Part shown: positions 1 through 9,352 of the stretch, one piece after another
How positions within the stretch are numbered: position 1 is the stretch's first letter
Layout of the letters: every line of letters starts with the position of its first letter
Assembly: GCA_042850255.1 (NCBI GenBank)
Contig: AP031373.1
Span: 510,001-542,000 of the forward strand
DNA length: 32,000 bases
Reading direction: 5' to 3'
From: Nanobdellota archaeon
GTDB lineage: Archaea > Nanobdellota > Nanobdellia > Nanobdellales > Nanobdellaceae
Program-made: the position numbers and the translations under genes
The notes under the pieces: model-generated
What the model saw: the letters and a program-made list of their open reading frames with translations, nothing else
Database searches by the model: none
What the model was told of the DNA's origin: nothing

Positions 1-983
1 TTCTTATAATATGAAGAAATTTTTCTTATATCATAATAGTACCATATATTCATTTTTGAGTCACATTCAAAAATTCTATTAAATATTTTTTCTTCTTCCT
101 TATTTATATCTATTAGATTTAAATTTTCTTTTATTTTTTCTAAAAATCTATTATCATATAAATTACCTATATATATTGGTCCTAATTTTTTCATATCACT
201 ATTACATATCTTGCATTTTTTATCTTCCAAAGATTTATATCCACAATTATTACAATAATAGATTTCCTTTATATTTTCTAATAAATATTTAATATCTTTG
301 CTTTTTCTACTTTTTATAATATATATCCTATAATGATGTTTATAATAATAAGCAAAAATTGGTATAAATGCAATATCATATTTTAATCCTTCTATTATAA
401 TATATTTTGCTAAATTTCTAATACCAAATTCTAAATAAAAATCTGTTTTTATTCCTATAGTATTATATTTTCTTAAACAAGATTTAGATTTAGAACCAGA
501 TAATGATGATACATCTGTAGCAGTTATTCCAGCAATACCATAATTTTTTAAAGATAAAGGTAATAATTCTATAAAACCAATGGGAGTACCAAATGGATCT
601 ATATCTATATAATCAAATTTTTCTTTTATTAATAATTCTCTACAATCTTTATTTAATATCTTTATGTTTTCATTTAATTCTATGTTATTTAATTTAATAT
701 TTTCCAATATATTTTCATAAGCTTCTTTTTTTATATCATTTATATATATTTTATCTATTACTTCAGGTATTTCTTTTATTATTCTAATAGATCTTATCCC
801 AGTAGCACTCATACAATCTAAAATTTTTAATTTTTTTCTAAATAAATCATAATAAGATTTTAATATTAATATTGTTGTATCTCTATTTATTTTCATTAAT
901 GGATTATAAAATACTGGTAATTTTGAAGAAAGTTTATTTAAAAAATCTGGATTATAATTTATTATTGCTTTACCTTCATTCAT
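1..983 (-). CDS. trm1: tRNA (guanine26-N2)-dimethyltransferase Trm1; N-terminal ~327 codons, 3' end runs off the window
   Basis: Absent from the ORF track because it leaves the window. My minus-strand translation from the ATG (rc of 981-983) reads MNEGKAIINYNPDFLNKLSSKLPVFYNPLMKINRD...LDCMSATGIRSIR...FDYIDIDPFGTPIGF...GITATD...CNNCGY..CKICNS. FYNP..NRD, DPFG(S/T)P, TATD and the Cys pairs are Trm1 hallmarks. Confidence 0.8.
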   Translation of the reverse strand, partial: MNEGKAIINYNPDFLNKLSSKLPVFYNPLMKINRDTTILILKSYYDLFRKKLKILDCMSATGIRSIRIIKEIPEVIDKIYINDIKKEAYENILENIKLNNIELNENIKILNKDCRELLIKEKFDYIDIDPFGTPIGFIELLPLSLKNYGIAGITATDVSSLSGSKSKSCLRKYNTIGIKTDFYLEFGIRNLAKYIIIEGLKYDIAFIPIFAYYYKHHYRIYIIKSRKSKDIKYLLENIKEIYYCNNCGYKSLEDKKCKICNSDMKKLGPIYIGNLYDNRFLEKIKENLNLIDINKEEEKIFNRIFECDSKMNIWYYYDIRKISSYYK

Positions 984-1347
984 CTAGATCTACATATATT
1001 GTATTTTCTTTTTTAATTATTCTTAATTTATATTTTGTTGGAGGTTTTTTAATTCCTCTTGACCATATATAATTATTTAACTTTATAGATAATTTTACTT
1101 CATTACCTTTATATCTTTTCTTAATTATTTCTTTTATTATCTTACTAGCTTTTTTGGCTCTTCTATATAAAGGTGTCCTTAATATCCATTTTCTTATATT
1201 TATCTTTATATGGAATTCCTGAATATTTTCTTGTTTTGTTTCTTGATTATTTACTTGTTGTAAATTTTCTTGATTAGTTTGTTGATTTTGTTCTTGAACA
1301 TTTTGTATATTTGTTTGATACATTTGAGTAACAGTTTCTTCTGGCAT
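976..1347 (-). CDS. rpl31e: 50S ribosomal protein L31e (eL31) with a Q/N/E-rich N-terminal extension
   Basis: The C-terminal ~80 aa (FHIKINIRKWILRTPLYRRAKKASKIIKEIIKKRYKGNEVKLSIKLNNYIWSRGIKKPPTKYKLRI) match the eL31 pattern. Start set at ATG 1347 (MPEETV), because the track start at 1431 is TTG and overlaps the divergent gene. The stop overlaps the trm1 start by 8 nt. Confidence 0.75.
   Translation of the reverse strand: MPEETVTQMYQTNIQNVQEQNQQTNQENLQQVNNQETKQENIQEFHIKINIRKWILRTPLYRRAKKASKIIKEIIKKRYKGNEVKLSIKLNNYIWSRGIKKPPTKYKLRIIKKENTIYVDLDE
1216..1347 (-). repeat. Low-complexity CAA/GAA/AAT-rich coding tract (Q/N/E-rich, ~44 codons) at the 5' end of rpl31e
   Basis: The direct read is TQMYQTNIQNVQEQNQQTNQENLQQVNNQETKQENIQE. 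There is no in-frame ATG/GTG/TTG between it and the conserved eL31 core. Confidence 0.6.
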
Positions 1348-1351
1348 TATG

Positions 1352-1378
1352 ATATTTAAATAACAAAATCTTATAAAG
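1352..1378. promoter_or_regulatory. Interdigitated divergent promoter region (atatttaaata ... ttataaag) between rpl31e and the flavin reductase-like gene
   Basis: The start codons are only 35 nt apart (1347 minus, 1383 plus). tttaaata (1355-1362) is ~25 nt upstream of ATG 1383. The rc of ttataaag (1371-1378) is ~27 nt upstream of the minus-strand ATG at 1347. Confidence 0.25.
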
Positions 1379-1382
1379 CAAT

Positions 1383-1907
1383 ATGCTAAGGAAATTTTAC
1401 TATATTCTACATCCAAGACCTGCATATGCAATAGGTTCTGGTAGTATGGATAATAATGAAATAAATTTTATGAGTGCTTCATGGGTAATGCCCTGTGATG
1501 ATGCAATTAAAGCAGTAGTTTTAGCATGTGAAAAAGAAAATAGAACGTTTGAATTAATAGAAAAATATAAACAATATTCTGTGAATGTTATAGATGATTA
1601 TAAATTATTATGGAAGTTAGGAACAAATTCTGGAAAAAATATAGATAAAGTAAAAGAATTTAATTTAAAAGTAAAAAGAGGAAATAAATCAGATTTACCA
1701 GTATTAGAAAATGCTTTAGCAGTTATAGAAACAGAAGTAATTAATTTTATTGATGTAGGTGATCATAGATTATATATAGGAGAAGTTGTTGATTATTACG
1801 GTGATGTAGAAGAATATGGATTAAGAGAATTTTGGAAGGTACCTTTACATAAAGGAGGGAAGGCTTTTGCTTCTATTAATAAATATTTAAATTTTATAAA
1901 AGATTAA
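1383..1907 (+). CDS. Flavin reductase-like FMN-binding split-barrel domain protein
   Basis: HPRPAYAIGS...NFMSASWVMP...GTNSGKNIDKVKEFNL...GDHRLYIGEVV follows the flavin reductase-like domain pattern (PrP..lv....N.m..sw; sG.d.dKf; gdh.l.vgeV). Confidence 0.6.
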   Translation: MLRKFYYILHPRPAYAIGSGSMDNNEINFMSASWVMPCDDAIKAVVLACEKENRTFELIEKYKQYSVNVIDDYKLLWKLGTNSGKNIDKVKEFNLKVKRGNKSDLPVLENALAVIETEVINFIDVGDHRLYIGEVVDYYGDVEEYGLREFWKVPLHKGGKAFASINKYLNFIKD

Positions 1908-2620
1908 TATTTTTTTATATTTTCTTTTGCAATTCTTAAAACACCCATTAATAATGAATATTCTCTTTTACTAATCATTGCCTTACCTATTAAATTTTTT
2001 AATCCCCTTAATATTACAGGTTTTCTATATTCTTGCGTAGGTAATACTTCTACAAATTCTTTAAACATTTTATATAAATAATATCTTTCAGAATTATTTA
2101 TTAATTTAAATGTTTTTCTTATTGGGTTATTTTTTGCAACAAATATTTCATATAATATTATAGCAGCAGCATGTGTTATATTCATTATAGGATAATTTTC
2201 ATCTGCTGGTATCGTTATTAATCCATCAAATTTATTTAATTCTTTATTATTAAAACCTTTTGATTCTCTTCCAAAAAATATTCCAATTTTACCTTTACCT
2301 CTCCAAACCATTTTACCAAATTCCCTGGGAGTTAAGGGATTTCTTAATAATTCATTTCCCTTTTTTGATGAAACTCCTGTAGTTCCATAATTTATATCAA
2401 ATAATGATAATACTACATCTAAACTATCATATATTTTCGCATTTTTTATTATCTTCCATCCTTCTTCTCTTGCTACAATTTTTACTTTTTCAGAAAATGG
2501 ATTTACTAATGGATTTACTAATATTAAATTTTTAAAGCCAAAATTAGACATAACTCTACCTAATGCTCCAATATTATCCTCAGACTCTGGTTCTACAAAA
2601 ACTATATAAAAATCTGTCAT
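1904..2620 (-). CDS. SpoU/TrmH-family RNA 2'-O-methyltransferase, TrmJ-like
   Basis: N-terminus FYIVFVEPESEDNIGALGRVMSNFGFKNLILVNP plus FGRESKGF and the ITIPADENYPIMNITHAAAIILYE knot motifs typical of SPOUT/TrmJ enzymes. Confidence 0.65.
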   Translation of the reverse strand: MTDFYIVFVEPESEDNIGALGRVMSNFGFKNLILVNPLVNPFSEKVKIVAREEGWKIIKNAKIYDSLDVVLSLFDINYGTTGVSSKKGNELLRNPLTPREFGKMVWRGKGKIGIFFGRESKGFNNKELNKFDGLITIPADENYPIMNITHAAAIILYEIFVAKNNPIRKTFKLINNSERYYLYKMFKEFVEVLPTQEYRKPVILRGLKNLIGKAMISKREYSLLMGVLRIAKENIKKY

Positions 2621-3954
2621 GGTTCTAATCTATTTGGATCTCTTGGAACTAATACAACTTCCTTTACATTTTCTATATTTAATAATTGTTTAATAAATCT
2701 GGCAATTCCAAATCCGAATCCACCCATTGGAGGTACTCCATATCTAAAGAATTCTAAATAATATTTAAGATTTTCTGGATTTAATCCTTTTTCTTTTATT
2801 TGTTGTAATAATATAGAGTATCTGTGTTCTCTTTGAGAACCAGTAGTAATTTCTAATCCTTTATATAATAAATCAAAACTCTTTGTTGTTTCTCTTCCAT
2901 CTTTCATTGGTTCTCCTTTCATATGATAAAATGGTCTTGCTGTCCATGGCCAATCTATTATAAATACAAACTCAGAATTATATTCTTTTTTTACATATTC
3001 TCCCAAAATTTTTTCTCCTTCTGAACTTATATCTCCATTTTCTTTTATATTTTCTTTTCCTATTATTTCATAAACTTCTTCCATTTTTATTCTTGGTATC
3101 TTATCTGGAATAATTATTTCTACATTGTAATATTTTCTTATTTCATCTTCATAATTTTCTTTTATTTTTTTCATTACATATTTTATTAAATTTTCTTCTA
3201 AATCCATTATATCATGATGGGAAGATATATAACCCATTTCTATATCAAATGATGTAAATTCTGTAAGATGTCTTGAAGTAAAAGATGGTTCTGCTCTAAA
3301 TGCAGGTGCTATTTCAAATACCCTTTCAAATCCAGCACATATTGCCATTTGTTTATAAAATTGTGGAGATTGTGCTAAATATGCTTTCTTATCAAAATAT
3401 TTTATCTCAAATACTTCAGCCCCACTTTCACTAGCAGTACTAATTATCTTTGGAGAAAATATTTCAATAAAATTATTTTGATATAAAAATTCTCTTACAT
3501 ATTTTACAAATTCCGATGTTAAATTTATTATTAAAGATTTTTTTGGATCTCTTAAATCTATCCATCTATAATTCATTCTTTTTTCAAAATATGAATTTTC
3601 ATCTATTGGTAATCTATCTGCAGGTTCTCCCAATAAATATAACTCCTCTGCTAATATTTCCTTATATTTTTTTGCAATACCTTTCACATATTTTCCTTTT
3701 ACTACAATAAAAGTGTTCATAGATATATCTTTAACAAATTCAATATCTCCAAATATTTCTTTTTTTACAGTAATTTGTACATCCCCGCTTTTATCTCTTA
3801 AAATTATAAATGCTATATTTCCAATATTTTTTATATTTATCACCCATCCAGCCAATATAACATTCTTTTCATATTCAATTTTTTCTAAATCTTTTATATA
3901 TATTCTATTCTTTAGCAATTCTGATGCTTTTCCAAAATCATATATATTTACCAT
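2617..3954 (-). CDS. aspS: Aspartyl-tRNA synthetase, archaeal type (class IIb)
   Basis: N-terminal OB anticodon-binding domain ([30 protein letters not shown]). Class II motifs [29 protein letters not shown] and [10 protein letters not shown]. Overlaps the downstream SpoU gene by 4 nt. Confidence 0.9.
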   Translation of the reverse strand: MVNIYDFGKASELLKNRIYIKDLEKIEYEKNVILAGWVINIKNIGNIAFIILRDKSGDVQITVKKEIFGDIEFVKDISMNTFIVVKGKYVKGIAKKYKEILAEELYLLGEPADRLPIDENSYFEKRMNYRWIDLRDPKKSLIINLTSEFVKYVREFLYQNNFIEIFSPKIISTASESGAEVFEIKYFDKKAYLAQSPQFYKQMAICAGFERVFEIAPAFRAEPSFTSRHLTEFTSFDIEMGYISSHHDIMDLEENLIKYVMKKIKENYEDEIRKYYNVEIIIPDKIPRIKMEEVYEIIGKENIKENGDISSEGEKILGEYVKKEYNSEFVFIIDWPWTARPFYHMKGEPMKDGRETTKSFDLLYKGLEITTGSQREHRYSILLQQIKEKGLNPENLKYYLEFFRYGVPPMGGFGFGIARFIKQLLNIENVKEVVLVPRDPNRLEP

Positions 3955-3973
3955 TTTCTATTGATATTAAAAA

Positions 3974-4672
3974 TTACTTTAAACTTTTCATTTTTATATC
4001 TATCATAGCATGTAATTCTTTATAAATTATAACTAATTTTTTATCATAATCAATATTCTTTCTTAGATCAAATACCGAAAGAAATGGATATTTTATTTCT
4101 TTATAATTTTTTAGTTTATCTAAAAATAATTTTTCTATATTATTTATGTTATTTTTTACAATTTCTTCTATTTCTATCCTTAATTTATCATATTCTATAA
4201 ATTTATTAAAAAAGAGTTTTGTATAATAATCCACAACAAATATTGGTTTTTCTATAGAATATAATATAATTGCATCTGCAGTTTCCTTTCCTATACCATT
4301 TATATTTAATAATTCTTCTCTAATTTTATATAAATCATTTTTAGAAAAATTATCTAAACTTCCATATTTATTTATTATAAAATTTGATAATTCTTTTAAT
4401 GTTTCTAATTTTCTATTTTTAAATGGGACTTTAATATCTTCAGGGTCTAAATTTTTTATATTTTCTAATCTAAATATAAAGTTCTTTTCTTTCAGAAAAT
4501 TTATATTCTTTTCTACAAAATCCCATTTTGTATTTTGAGTTAATATAGCTCCTATAATTATCTCTACTCTCCAATCTCCATTATTTTTATTATGATATTC
4601 AATATCTACAGGCCACCAAAATTGAAATTCCAAACTATCAATTAGGTTTATAATATTATCATACATATTCAT
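3974..4672 (-). CDS. HhH-GPD superfamily DNA glycosylase, endonuclease III-related, no Fe-S cluster motif
   Basis: FWWP...EIIIGAILTQNTKWDFVEKNI, the helix-hairpin-helix LLNINGIGKETADAIILY and the following VVDYYT (candidate catalytic Asp). No C-terminal Cys cluster. Confidence 0.6.
   Translation of the reverse strand: MNMYDNIINLIDSLEFQFWWPVDIEYHNKNNGDWRVEIIIGAILTQNTKWDFVEKNINFLKEKNFIFRLENIKNLDPEDIKVPFKNRKLETLKELSNFIINKYGSLDNFSKNDLYKIREELLNINGIGKETADAIILYSIEKPIFVVDYYTKLFFNKFIEYDKLRIEIEEIVKNNINNIEKLFLDKLKNYKEIKYPFLSVFDLRKNIDYDKKLVIIYKELHAMIDIKMKSLK
4647..4653 (+). promoter_or_regulatory. TATA-like box (tttataa) for dcd, embedded in the first codons of the divergent glycosylase gene
   Basis: Centred 27 nt upstream of ATG 4677. 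The divergent start codons (4672 and 4677) are separated by 4 nt, so any dcd promoter must lie inside the neighbouring ORF. Confidence 0.2.
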
Positions 4673-4676
4673 ACTT

Positions 4677-5288
4677 ATGATTTTAAATGATAGAAAAATT
4701 AAAGAATATATAAAAAGTGGGAAAATAGTTGTAGATCCTTTTGATGAAGAAATGATAGGACCTGCTTCTTTAGATATAAGGTTGGGATATAAATTTAGAG
4801 TATTTAAAACTATAGATAAAGAAGTTATAGATATAAAGGATTATAATGATGATATATATACTAGAATTGATACAGAAAATTATACAATACATGTTGGAAA
4901 ATATTCAGATCTATATATTATAAAGAAAGATAATATACCAATTATAATTCATCCTGGAGAATTTATACTAGCATCAGTATATGAATATATACAATTACCA
5001 AATGATATAGTAGGTCAGATACATGGAAGATCTTCTATAGGTAGATTAGGATTAATAATACATACATCTGCAGGTTATATAGATCCTGGATATAAGGGAT
5101 ATTTAACTTTAGAAATAATTAATGTAAATAAAATACCAATTAAATTATATCCAAAAACAAAAGTTGCTCAGATTGTATTCTTTGATACAGAACCTGTGGA
5201 AGTATCATACAGTGAAAGAAAAAGTTCTAAGTATGCTGGAGAAGAAGGAGCTACCCAATCTTTAATATCTAAAGATTTCAAACAATAA
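4677..5288 (+). CDS. dcd: dCTP deaminase (possibly the bifunctional dCTP deaminase/dUTPase type)
   Basis: MILNDRKIKEYIKSG.IVVDPFDEEMIGPASLDIRLG, HGRSSIGRLGLIIH and GYKGYLTLEIIN are canonical Dcd motifs. Confidence 0.85.
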   Translation: MILNDRKIKEYIKSGKIVVDPFDEEMIGPASLDIRLGYKFRVFKTIDKEVIDIKDYNDDIYTRIDTENYTIHVGKYSDLYIIKKDNIPIIIHPGEFILASVYEYIQLPNDIVGQIHGRSSIGRLGLIIHTSAGYIDPGYKGYLTLEIINVNKIPIKLYPKTKVAQIVFFDTEPVEVSYSERKSSKYAGEEGATQSLISKDFKQ

Positions 5289-5319
5289 TTTTTAAAATAT
5301 TTTCTATAAGTTATGAAAA

Positions 5320-5685
5320 ATGGTAAAAAGGACTGGTCCTACTAATATTTATCTTAGGAAATTAATTCATACATTAAAAAAGGAAGGTAGAAAAAATGGT
5401 GCGAATATCTGGATATATGTAGCGGAATTATTAAATAAACCAACTAGAAAAAGGATAGAAGTAAATCTAGGAAAATTACAAAAATATACAAAGGATGGTG
5501 ATACTGTTATAATACCTGGAAAATTATTATCTTCTGGAATATTCAATAGAAAAATTACAATTGCTACTTGGAGATATTCGGAATCTGCTAAAGAAAAAGT
5601 AGAAAAAGTTGGAAGTAAAATTATTAGTATAGAAGAATTATTAAAGGTAAATCCAAAAGGTTCAAATGTAAAAATTATAATATGA
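5320..5685 (+). CDS. rpl18e: 50S ribosomal protein L18e (eL18)
   Basis: MVKRTGPTNIYLRKLIHTLKK...RKRIEVNLGKL..DGDTVIIPGKLL. It leads the conserved archaeal L18e-L13-S9 gene order. Confidence 0.85.
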   Translation: MVKRTGPTNIYLRKLIHTLKKEGRKNGANIWIYVAELLNKPTRKRIEVNLGKLQKYTKDGDTVIIPGKLLSSGIFNRKITIATWRYSESAKEKVEKVGSKIISIEELLKVNPKGSNVKIII

Positions 5686-6122
5686 TGGATAAAAAATATA
5701 TTGATGCAGAAAATCATATATTAGGTAGATTAGCATCTTATATAGCAAAATATGCATTAGAAGGATATGAAGTATATGTTTTTAATGCTGAAAAGACAGT
5801 ATTAGTTGGAAAATGGAACTATTTAGTAAAAATATGGAATCATAAAGTAAATGAAAGAGGTGATTGGATAAAGGGACCATTTTATCCAAGAAGACCTGAT
5901 AAAATATTAAGAAGAGTTATTAGAGGAATGTTACCAAGAAATTGGAGAGGTAGGCAAGCATTAAAAAGGGTAAAAGTATTCTTAGGCGTACCAGAAGAAT
6001 ATAAAAATGTACAATTAGAAAAAATAAAAGATTGTTTGATAGATGAAAGAATGAAATTTGGAACTATAAAGGAGTACCATACATTGGCAGAAGTATCAAG
6101 GCAAATAGGAGGAAAATTTTAA
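5682..6122 (+). CDS. rpl13: 50S ribosomal protein L13 (uL13)
   Basis: IDAENHILGRLASYIAK...GPFYPRRPDKILRRVIRGMLPRN.RGRQALKRVKVF. Its ATG overlaps the rpl18e TGA (ATGATG context). Confidence 0.85.
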   Translation: MMDKKYIDAENHILGRLASYIAKYALEGYEVYVFNAEKTVLVGKWNYLVKIWNHKVNERGDWIKGPFYPRRPDKILRRVIRGMLPRNWRGRQALKRVKVFLGVPEEYKNVQLEKIKDCLIDERMKFGTIKEYHTLAEVSRQIGGKF

Positions 6123-6147
6123 AAACTTAGTTTAATAAAAATATAAA

Positions 6148-6546
6148 ATGACTATTGTAGTTACTGGAAAAAGGAAATCTGCTATTGCTAAGGCATATAT
6201 AAAAGAAGGTAATGGAAAGGTAATAATTAATTCTAAACCTCTACAATTTTATGAACCACTATTAGCTAGATTAAGGATAATGGAGCCACTAATATTAGCA
6301 GGTGAAGAATATATATCTAAAGTTAATATAAAAGTAAAAGTTGTGGGAGGAGGATATATGGGTCAAGCAGATGCTTCTAGAGTAGCTATTGCAAAAGGAC
6401 TAGTAAAATTCTTTGATGACGATAAATTAAAAATACTATTTACTCAATATGATCCATTTATGTTAAAATCAGATCCTAGAAGAAAAGAACAAAGAAAATC
6501 ACCTACATCAAAAGCTAGAAAACATTATACAACAGCATACAGATAA
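6148..6546 (+). CDS. rps9: 30S ribosomal protein S9 (uS9)
   Basis: GKRKSAIAKAYIKEGNGKVIIN...VKVVGGGYMGQADASRVAIAKGLV...SDPRRKE.RK, with a basic C-terminus ending in R. Confidence 0.85.
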   Translation: MTIVVTGKRKSAIAKAYIKEGNGKVIINSKPLQFYEPLLARLRIMEPLILAGEEYISKVNIKVKVVGGGYMGQADASRVAIAKGLVKFFDDDKLKILFTQYDPFMLKSDPRRKEQRKSPTSKARKHYTTAYR

Positions 6547-6550
6547 AAAT

Positions 6551-6895
6551 TTATTCTATTTTTTCAACCTTTACATTTTCTTCCTTTTCTCCTTCATTCT
6601 CTTCTTTGTTTTCCTCTTTATTTTCTTCAGTTTCTTCAGGCTCTTCTCCAGATCTAACAGAGTATACAGCTCTAGATATTATCCATATCTGACCCATTGC
6701 TTTTATTAATTGATGTGGTGCTATTATCCCCTTTATTCCCCTTCTTGCTAAATCTGGATCTAGTACTCTTATTTTCCATCCATATATTTTATTACCCATT
6801 ATTATAGCATCCTCTACTTCTCCTAGGAAATATCCATCTTCTGTATATATTTTTGATCTTGCTGTTTCAGATATTCTCTTAATATTTAATGCCAT
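6551..6895 (-). CDS. PRC-barrel domain protein with acidic E/K/N C-terminal tail
   Basis: RSKIYTEDGYFLGEVEDAIIMGNKIYGWKIRV fits the PRC-barrel consensus (GK.V....G..lG.V.D). Start set at ATG 6895 (MALNIKR), because the longer track ORF runs into the cdc48 start. The tail reads GEEPEETEENKEENKEENEGEKEEN. Confidence 0.55.
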   Translation of the reverse strand: MALNIKRISETARSKIYTEDGYFLGEVEDAIIMGNKIYGWKIRVLDPDLARRGIKGIIAPHQLIKAMGQIWIISRAVYSVRSGEEPEETEENKEENKEENEGEKEENVKVEKIE

Positions 6896-6970
6896 AAAAA
6901 ACAATATTATATTGGATAATTTAAATTTTTGTCCATTATGTTTTAAAAGGGATATTATAATATACCATAT

Positions 6971-9352
6971 ATGGCTCATAATGAGAATCAAGAAGAGTCA
7001 AAGGAAATCAAATTAAAAGTTGCTGAGGCAATGCAAAATGATTTATATAAAGGAATTGTTAGAATAGATGCTGAAGCTATGAAAGAACTTGGAATAAAAA
7101 TTGGAGAAGTTGTTGAAGTTGAAGGAAAGAAAAAAACTGTAGCTATAGCTCAATTATTGCCTCCTCAAGATTATGGTTTAGGAATAATTAGAATGGATGG
7201 TATAATTAGGAAAAATGCTGGTGCAACTCTGGGTGGATATGTTTCTGTAAGAAAAGCTAATGCTAAAGAAGCCCAAAAAGTTATTTTAGCTCCAGCAGTA
7301 AAAGGTGTAACATATCAATTTTCTCCAAGTTATCTAAATTATATACAAAGATTATTAATAGGAAGAGCTGTTATGAAAGGAGATAATATAGTAGTATTAC
7401 CTGTATATAGAAGAAAATATGATCTGTTAGATGAATTAGAAATAACTTTCTTTGAAGGATTCTTTTCTATGGGATTTTCAAATGAATTAAGATTTAATGT
7501 TGTAAATACTGTGCCAAAAGGACCTGTAATAATTACTGAAAATACTGAAATAGAAATATTACCACATGCTGTAGAAACTAAAGGAGAAGTTCCTGAAGTT
7601 ACATATGAAGATATAGGAGATATGGAAGAAGTTGTTCAAAAAGTAAGGGAATTAGTAGAATTACCATTAAAATATCCTGAGCTATTTGAAAGATTGGGAA
7701 TAGAACCTCCAAAGGGAATATTATTATATGGACCTCCAGGTACAGGTAAAACATTATTAGCAAAAGCAGTTGCAAATGAAAGTGGTGCATATTTTATTGC
7801 AATAAATGGTCCTGAAATAGTTTCAAAATATGTAGGAGAATCTGAAAAAAGATTGAGAGATATATTTGAAGAAGCAAATAAAAATGCACCAGCAATAATA
7901 TTTATAGATGAAATTGATGCAATTGCTCCTAAAAGAGATGAAGCAATGGGCGAAGTTGAAAGAAGATTAGTTGCACAGTTATTAACATTAATGGATGGGC
8001 TAAAATCTAGGGGAAAAGTAATAGTAATTGCAGCAACAAATAGACCAGACGCTATAGATCCTGCTTTAAGAAGACCTGGTAGATTTGATAGGGAAATAGA
8101 AGTACCTGTACCAAATGAGCAAGGAAGATATCAAATATTAAAAGTTCATACAAGAAATGTTCCTATAGGTAAAAAAGAAGGAAGTAAATATGTACTATTA
8201 TCTGAGGAAGAAAAAGATAAATTGTTAAGAAAATTAGCTTCAATAACTTATGGTTATGTTGGTGCTGATTTATCTGCATTAGTAAAAGAAGCTGCAATGA
8301 ATGTTATAAGGAGAATACTACCTGAAATAGAGAAATATGAAGGAAATATACCACAAGAAATATTGGATCAAATGGTTGTTACTGAAGATGATTTTATGTT
8401 TGCATTAAAAATTGTTCCTCCTTCTGCAATGAGAGAAGTATTGGTAGAAGTTCCAAAAGTTAGATGGACAGATATAGGAGGATTAAAAGATGTAAAACAA
8501 CAATTAAAGGAGGCAATAGAGTGGCCAATAAAATATAAGAAAATATATGAAAAAATTGGAATAGAACCTCCAAAGGGAATATTGTTATATGGACCTCCAG
8601 GTACAGGTAAAACATTATTAGCAAAGGCAGTTGCAACAGAAATAGGAGCAAACTTTATTGCAATAAAAGGACCAGAAATATTTTCTAAATACTTTGGAGA
8701 ATCTGAAAAAACAATTAGAGAAATATTTAGAAAAGCAAAACAGGTAGCTCCTTCTGTAATATTCTTTGATGAAATTGATGCAATAGCACCAAGGAGAGGA
8801 ATAGGATTTCATTCAGAAGTATATGATAGTATAGTAAATCAATTATTAGCAGAAATGGATGGTATTACTACTAGAGGAGATGTAATAGTAATTGCAGCAA
8901 CAAATAGACCAGATATATTGGATCCTGCATTATTAAGACCCGGTAGATTTGATAGAATAATATATATACCTCCACCAGATTATGAATCAAGATTAGAAAT
9001 ATTAAAGATAAAAACAAAGAATGTACCATTAGCTCCAGATGTTAATTTAGAGGAAATAGCAAAGATAACAGAAGGATATAGTGGTGCAGATTTGGAATTA
9101 TTGGTAAAAGAAGCTGCATTGAACGCATTAGATAAAGTATATAATAAAATAAAGGTTAATCAAAGTAATGAAGAAGAAGCATTAAAAGAAATGGAAAAAA
9201 TTGATATAAAAATAACTATGGATGATTTTAGAGAAGCATTAGAAAAAGTAAAACCATCTATAACAAAAGATATGGAAAATTATTATAAAATGTTTGTAGA
9301 AACATTTAGAAAAAATATAAATAACCAGGTACAGAATAAGTATTATGGATAA
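6971..9352 (+). CDS. cdc48: CDC48/VAT-type AAA+ ATPase (N domain plus D1 and D2 AAA modules)
   Basis: Two Walker A ([15 protein letters not shown], twice) and two Walker B blocks ([24 protein letters not shown]), second regions of homology ([18 protein letters not shown]) and an N-terminal double-psi-barrel-like region. The C-terminus is ...NKYYG. Confidence 0.9.
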   Translation: MAHNENQEESKEIKLKVAEAMQNDLYKGIVRIDAEAMKELGIKIGEVVEVEGKKKTVAIAQLLPPQDYGLGIIRMDGIIRKNAGATLGGYVSVRKANAKEAQKVILAPAVKGVTYQFSPSYLNYIQRLLIGRAVMKGDNIVVLPVYRRKYDLLDELEITFFEGFFSMGFSNELRFNVVNTVPKGPVIITENTEIEILPHAVETKGEVPEVTYEDIGDMEEVVQKVRELVELPLKYPELFERLGIEPPKGILLYGPPGTGKTLLAKAVANESGAYFIAINGPEIVSKYVGESEKRLRDIFEEANKNAPAIIFIDEIDAIAPKRDEAMGEVERRLVAQLLTLMDGLKSRGKVIVIAATNRPDAIDPALRRPGRFDREIEVPVPNEQGRYQILKVHTRNVPIGKKEGSKYVLLSEEEKDKLLRKLASITYGYVGADLSALVKEAAMNVIRRILPEIEKYEGNIPQEILDQMVVTEDDFMFALKIVPPSAMREVLVEVPKVRWTDIGGLKDVKQQLKEAIEWPIKYKKIYEKIGIEPPKGILLYGPPGTGKTLLAKAVATEIGANFIAIKGPEIFSKYFGESEKTIREIFRKAKQVAPSVIFFDEIDAIAPRRGIGFHSEVYDSIVNQLLAEMDGITTRGDVIVIAATNRPDILDPALLRPGRFDRIIYIPPPDYESRLEILKIKTKNVPLAPDVNLEEIAKITEGYSGADLELLVKEAALNALDKVYNKIKVNQSNEEEALKEMEKIDIKITMDDFREALEKVKPSITKDMENYYKMFVETFRKNINNQVQNKYYG

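Noticed and set aside
976-1431. Longer N-terminal extensions offered by the ORF track (976-1431, 6551-6991, 10869-11237, 17165-17647, 19496-21190, 25536-26051)
   Set aside because: Where I checked the start codon (976-1431, 10869-11237, 17165-17647, 19496-21190), the extended start is TTG. The extensions also overlap the neighbouring gene or promoter, or add non-conserved residues ahead of a well-placed ATG. I chose the downstream ATG in each case.
1495-1501. C-box-like gtgatga (possible C/D box sRNA). Similar tgatga words occur near 497-503, about 4745 and about 14212.
   Set aside because: All lie inside coding regions, and I could not find a correctly spaced CUGA D/D' box or terminal complementarity. 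I could not do a systematic C/D-box scan by eye.
3516-3964. Two plus-strand ORFs (64 and 83 aa) antisense to aspS, and similar short ORFs at 872-1072, 9664-9903, 9996-10187, 11312-11503, 20091-20273, 22054-22236 and 25855-26046
   Set aside because: All are embedded in or antisense to confidently called genes. They are short and low-complexity, and a stop-poor AT-rich antisense frame explains them.
5367-5717. 116-aa minus-strand ORF antisense to rpl18e
   Set aside because: It overlaps a confidently identified ribosomal protein gene entirely. Its F/I/L/N-rich low-complexity translation is typical of the antisense frame of AAA/GAA-rich genes in AT-rich DNA.
7697-8635. Near-identical 78-nt direct repeat (7697-7774 vs 8558-8635, 2 mismatches by my count) plus further shared stretches (about 8018-8050 vs 8883-8915). 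The look-alike antisense ORFs 7599-7790 and 8460-8651 mirror it.
   Set aside because: The copies are the Walker A and SRH regions of the D1 and D2 AAA modules of cdc48. Identical peptides ([26 protein letters not shown]) combined with strong AT-driven codon bias explain the nucleotide identity. Intragenic gene conversion cannot be excluded, but it is not a mobile or regulatory repeat.
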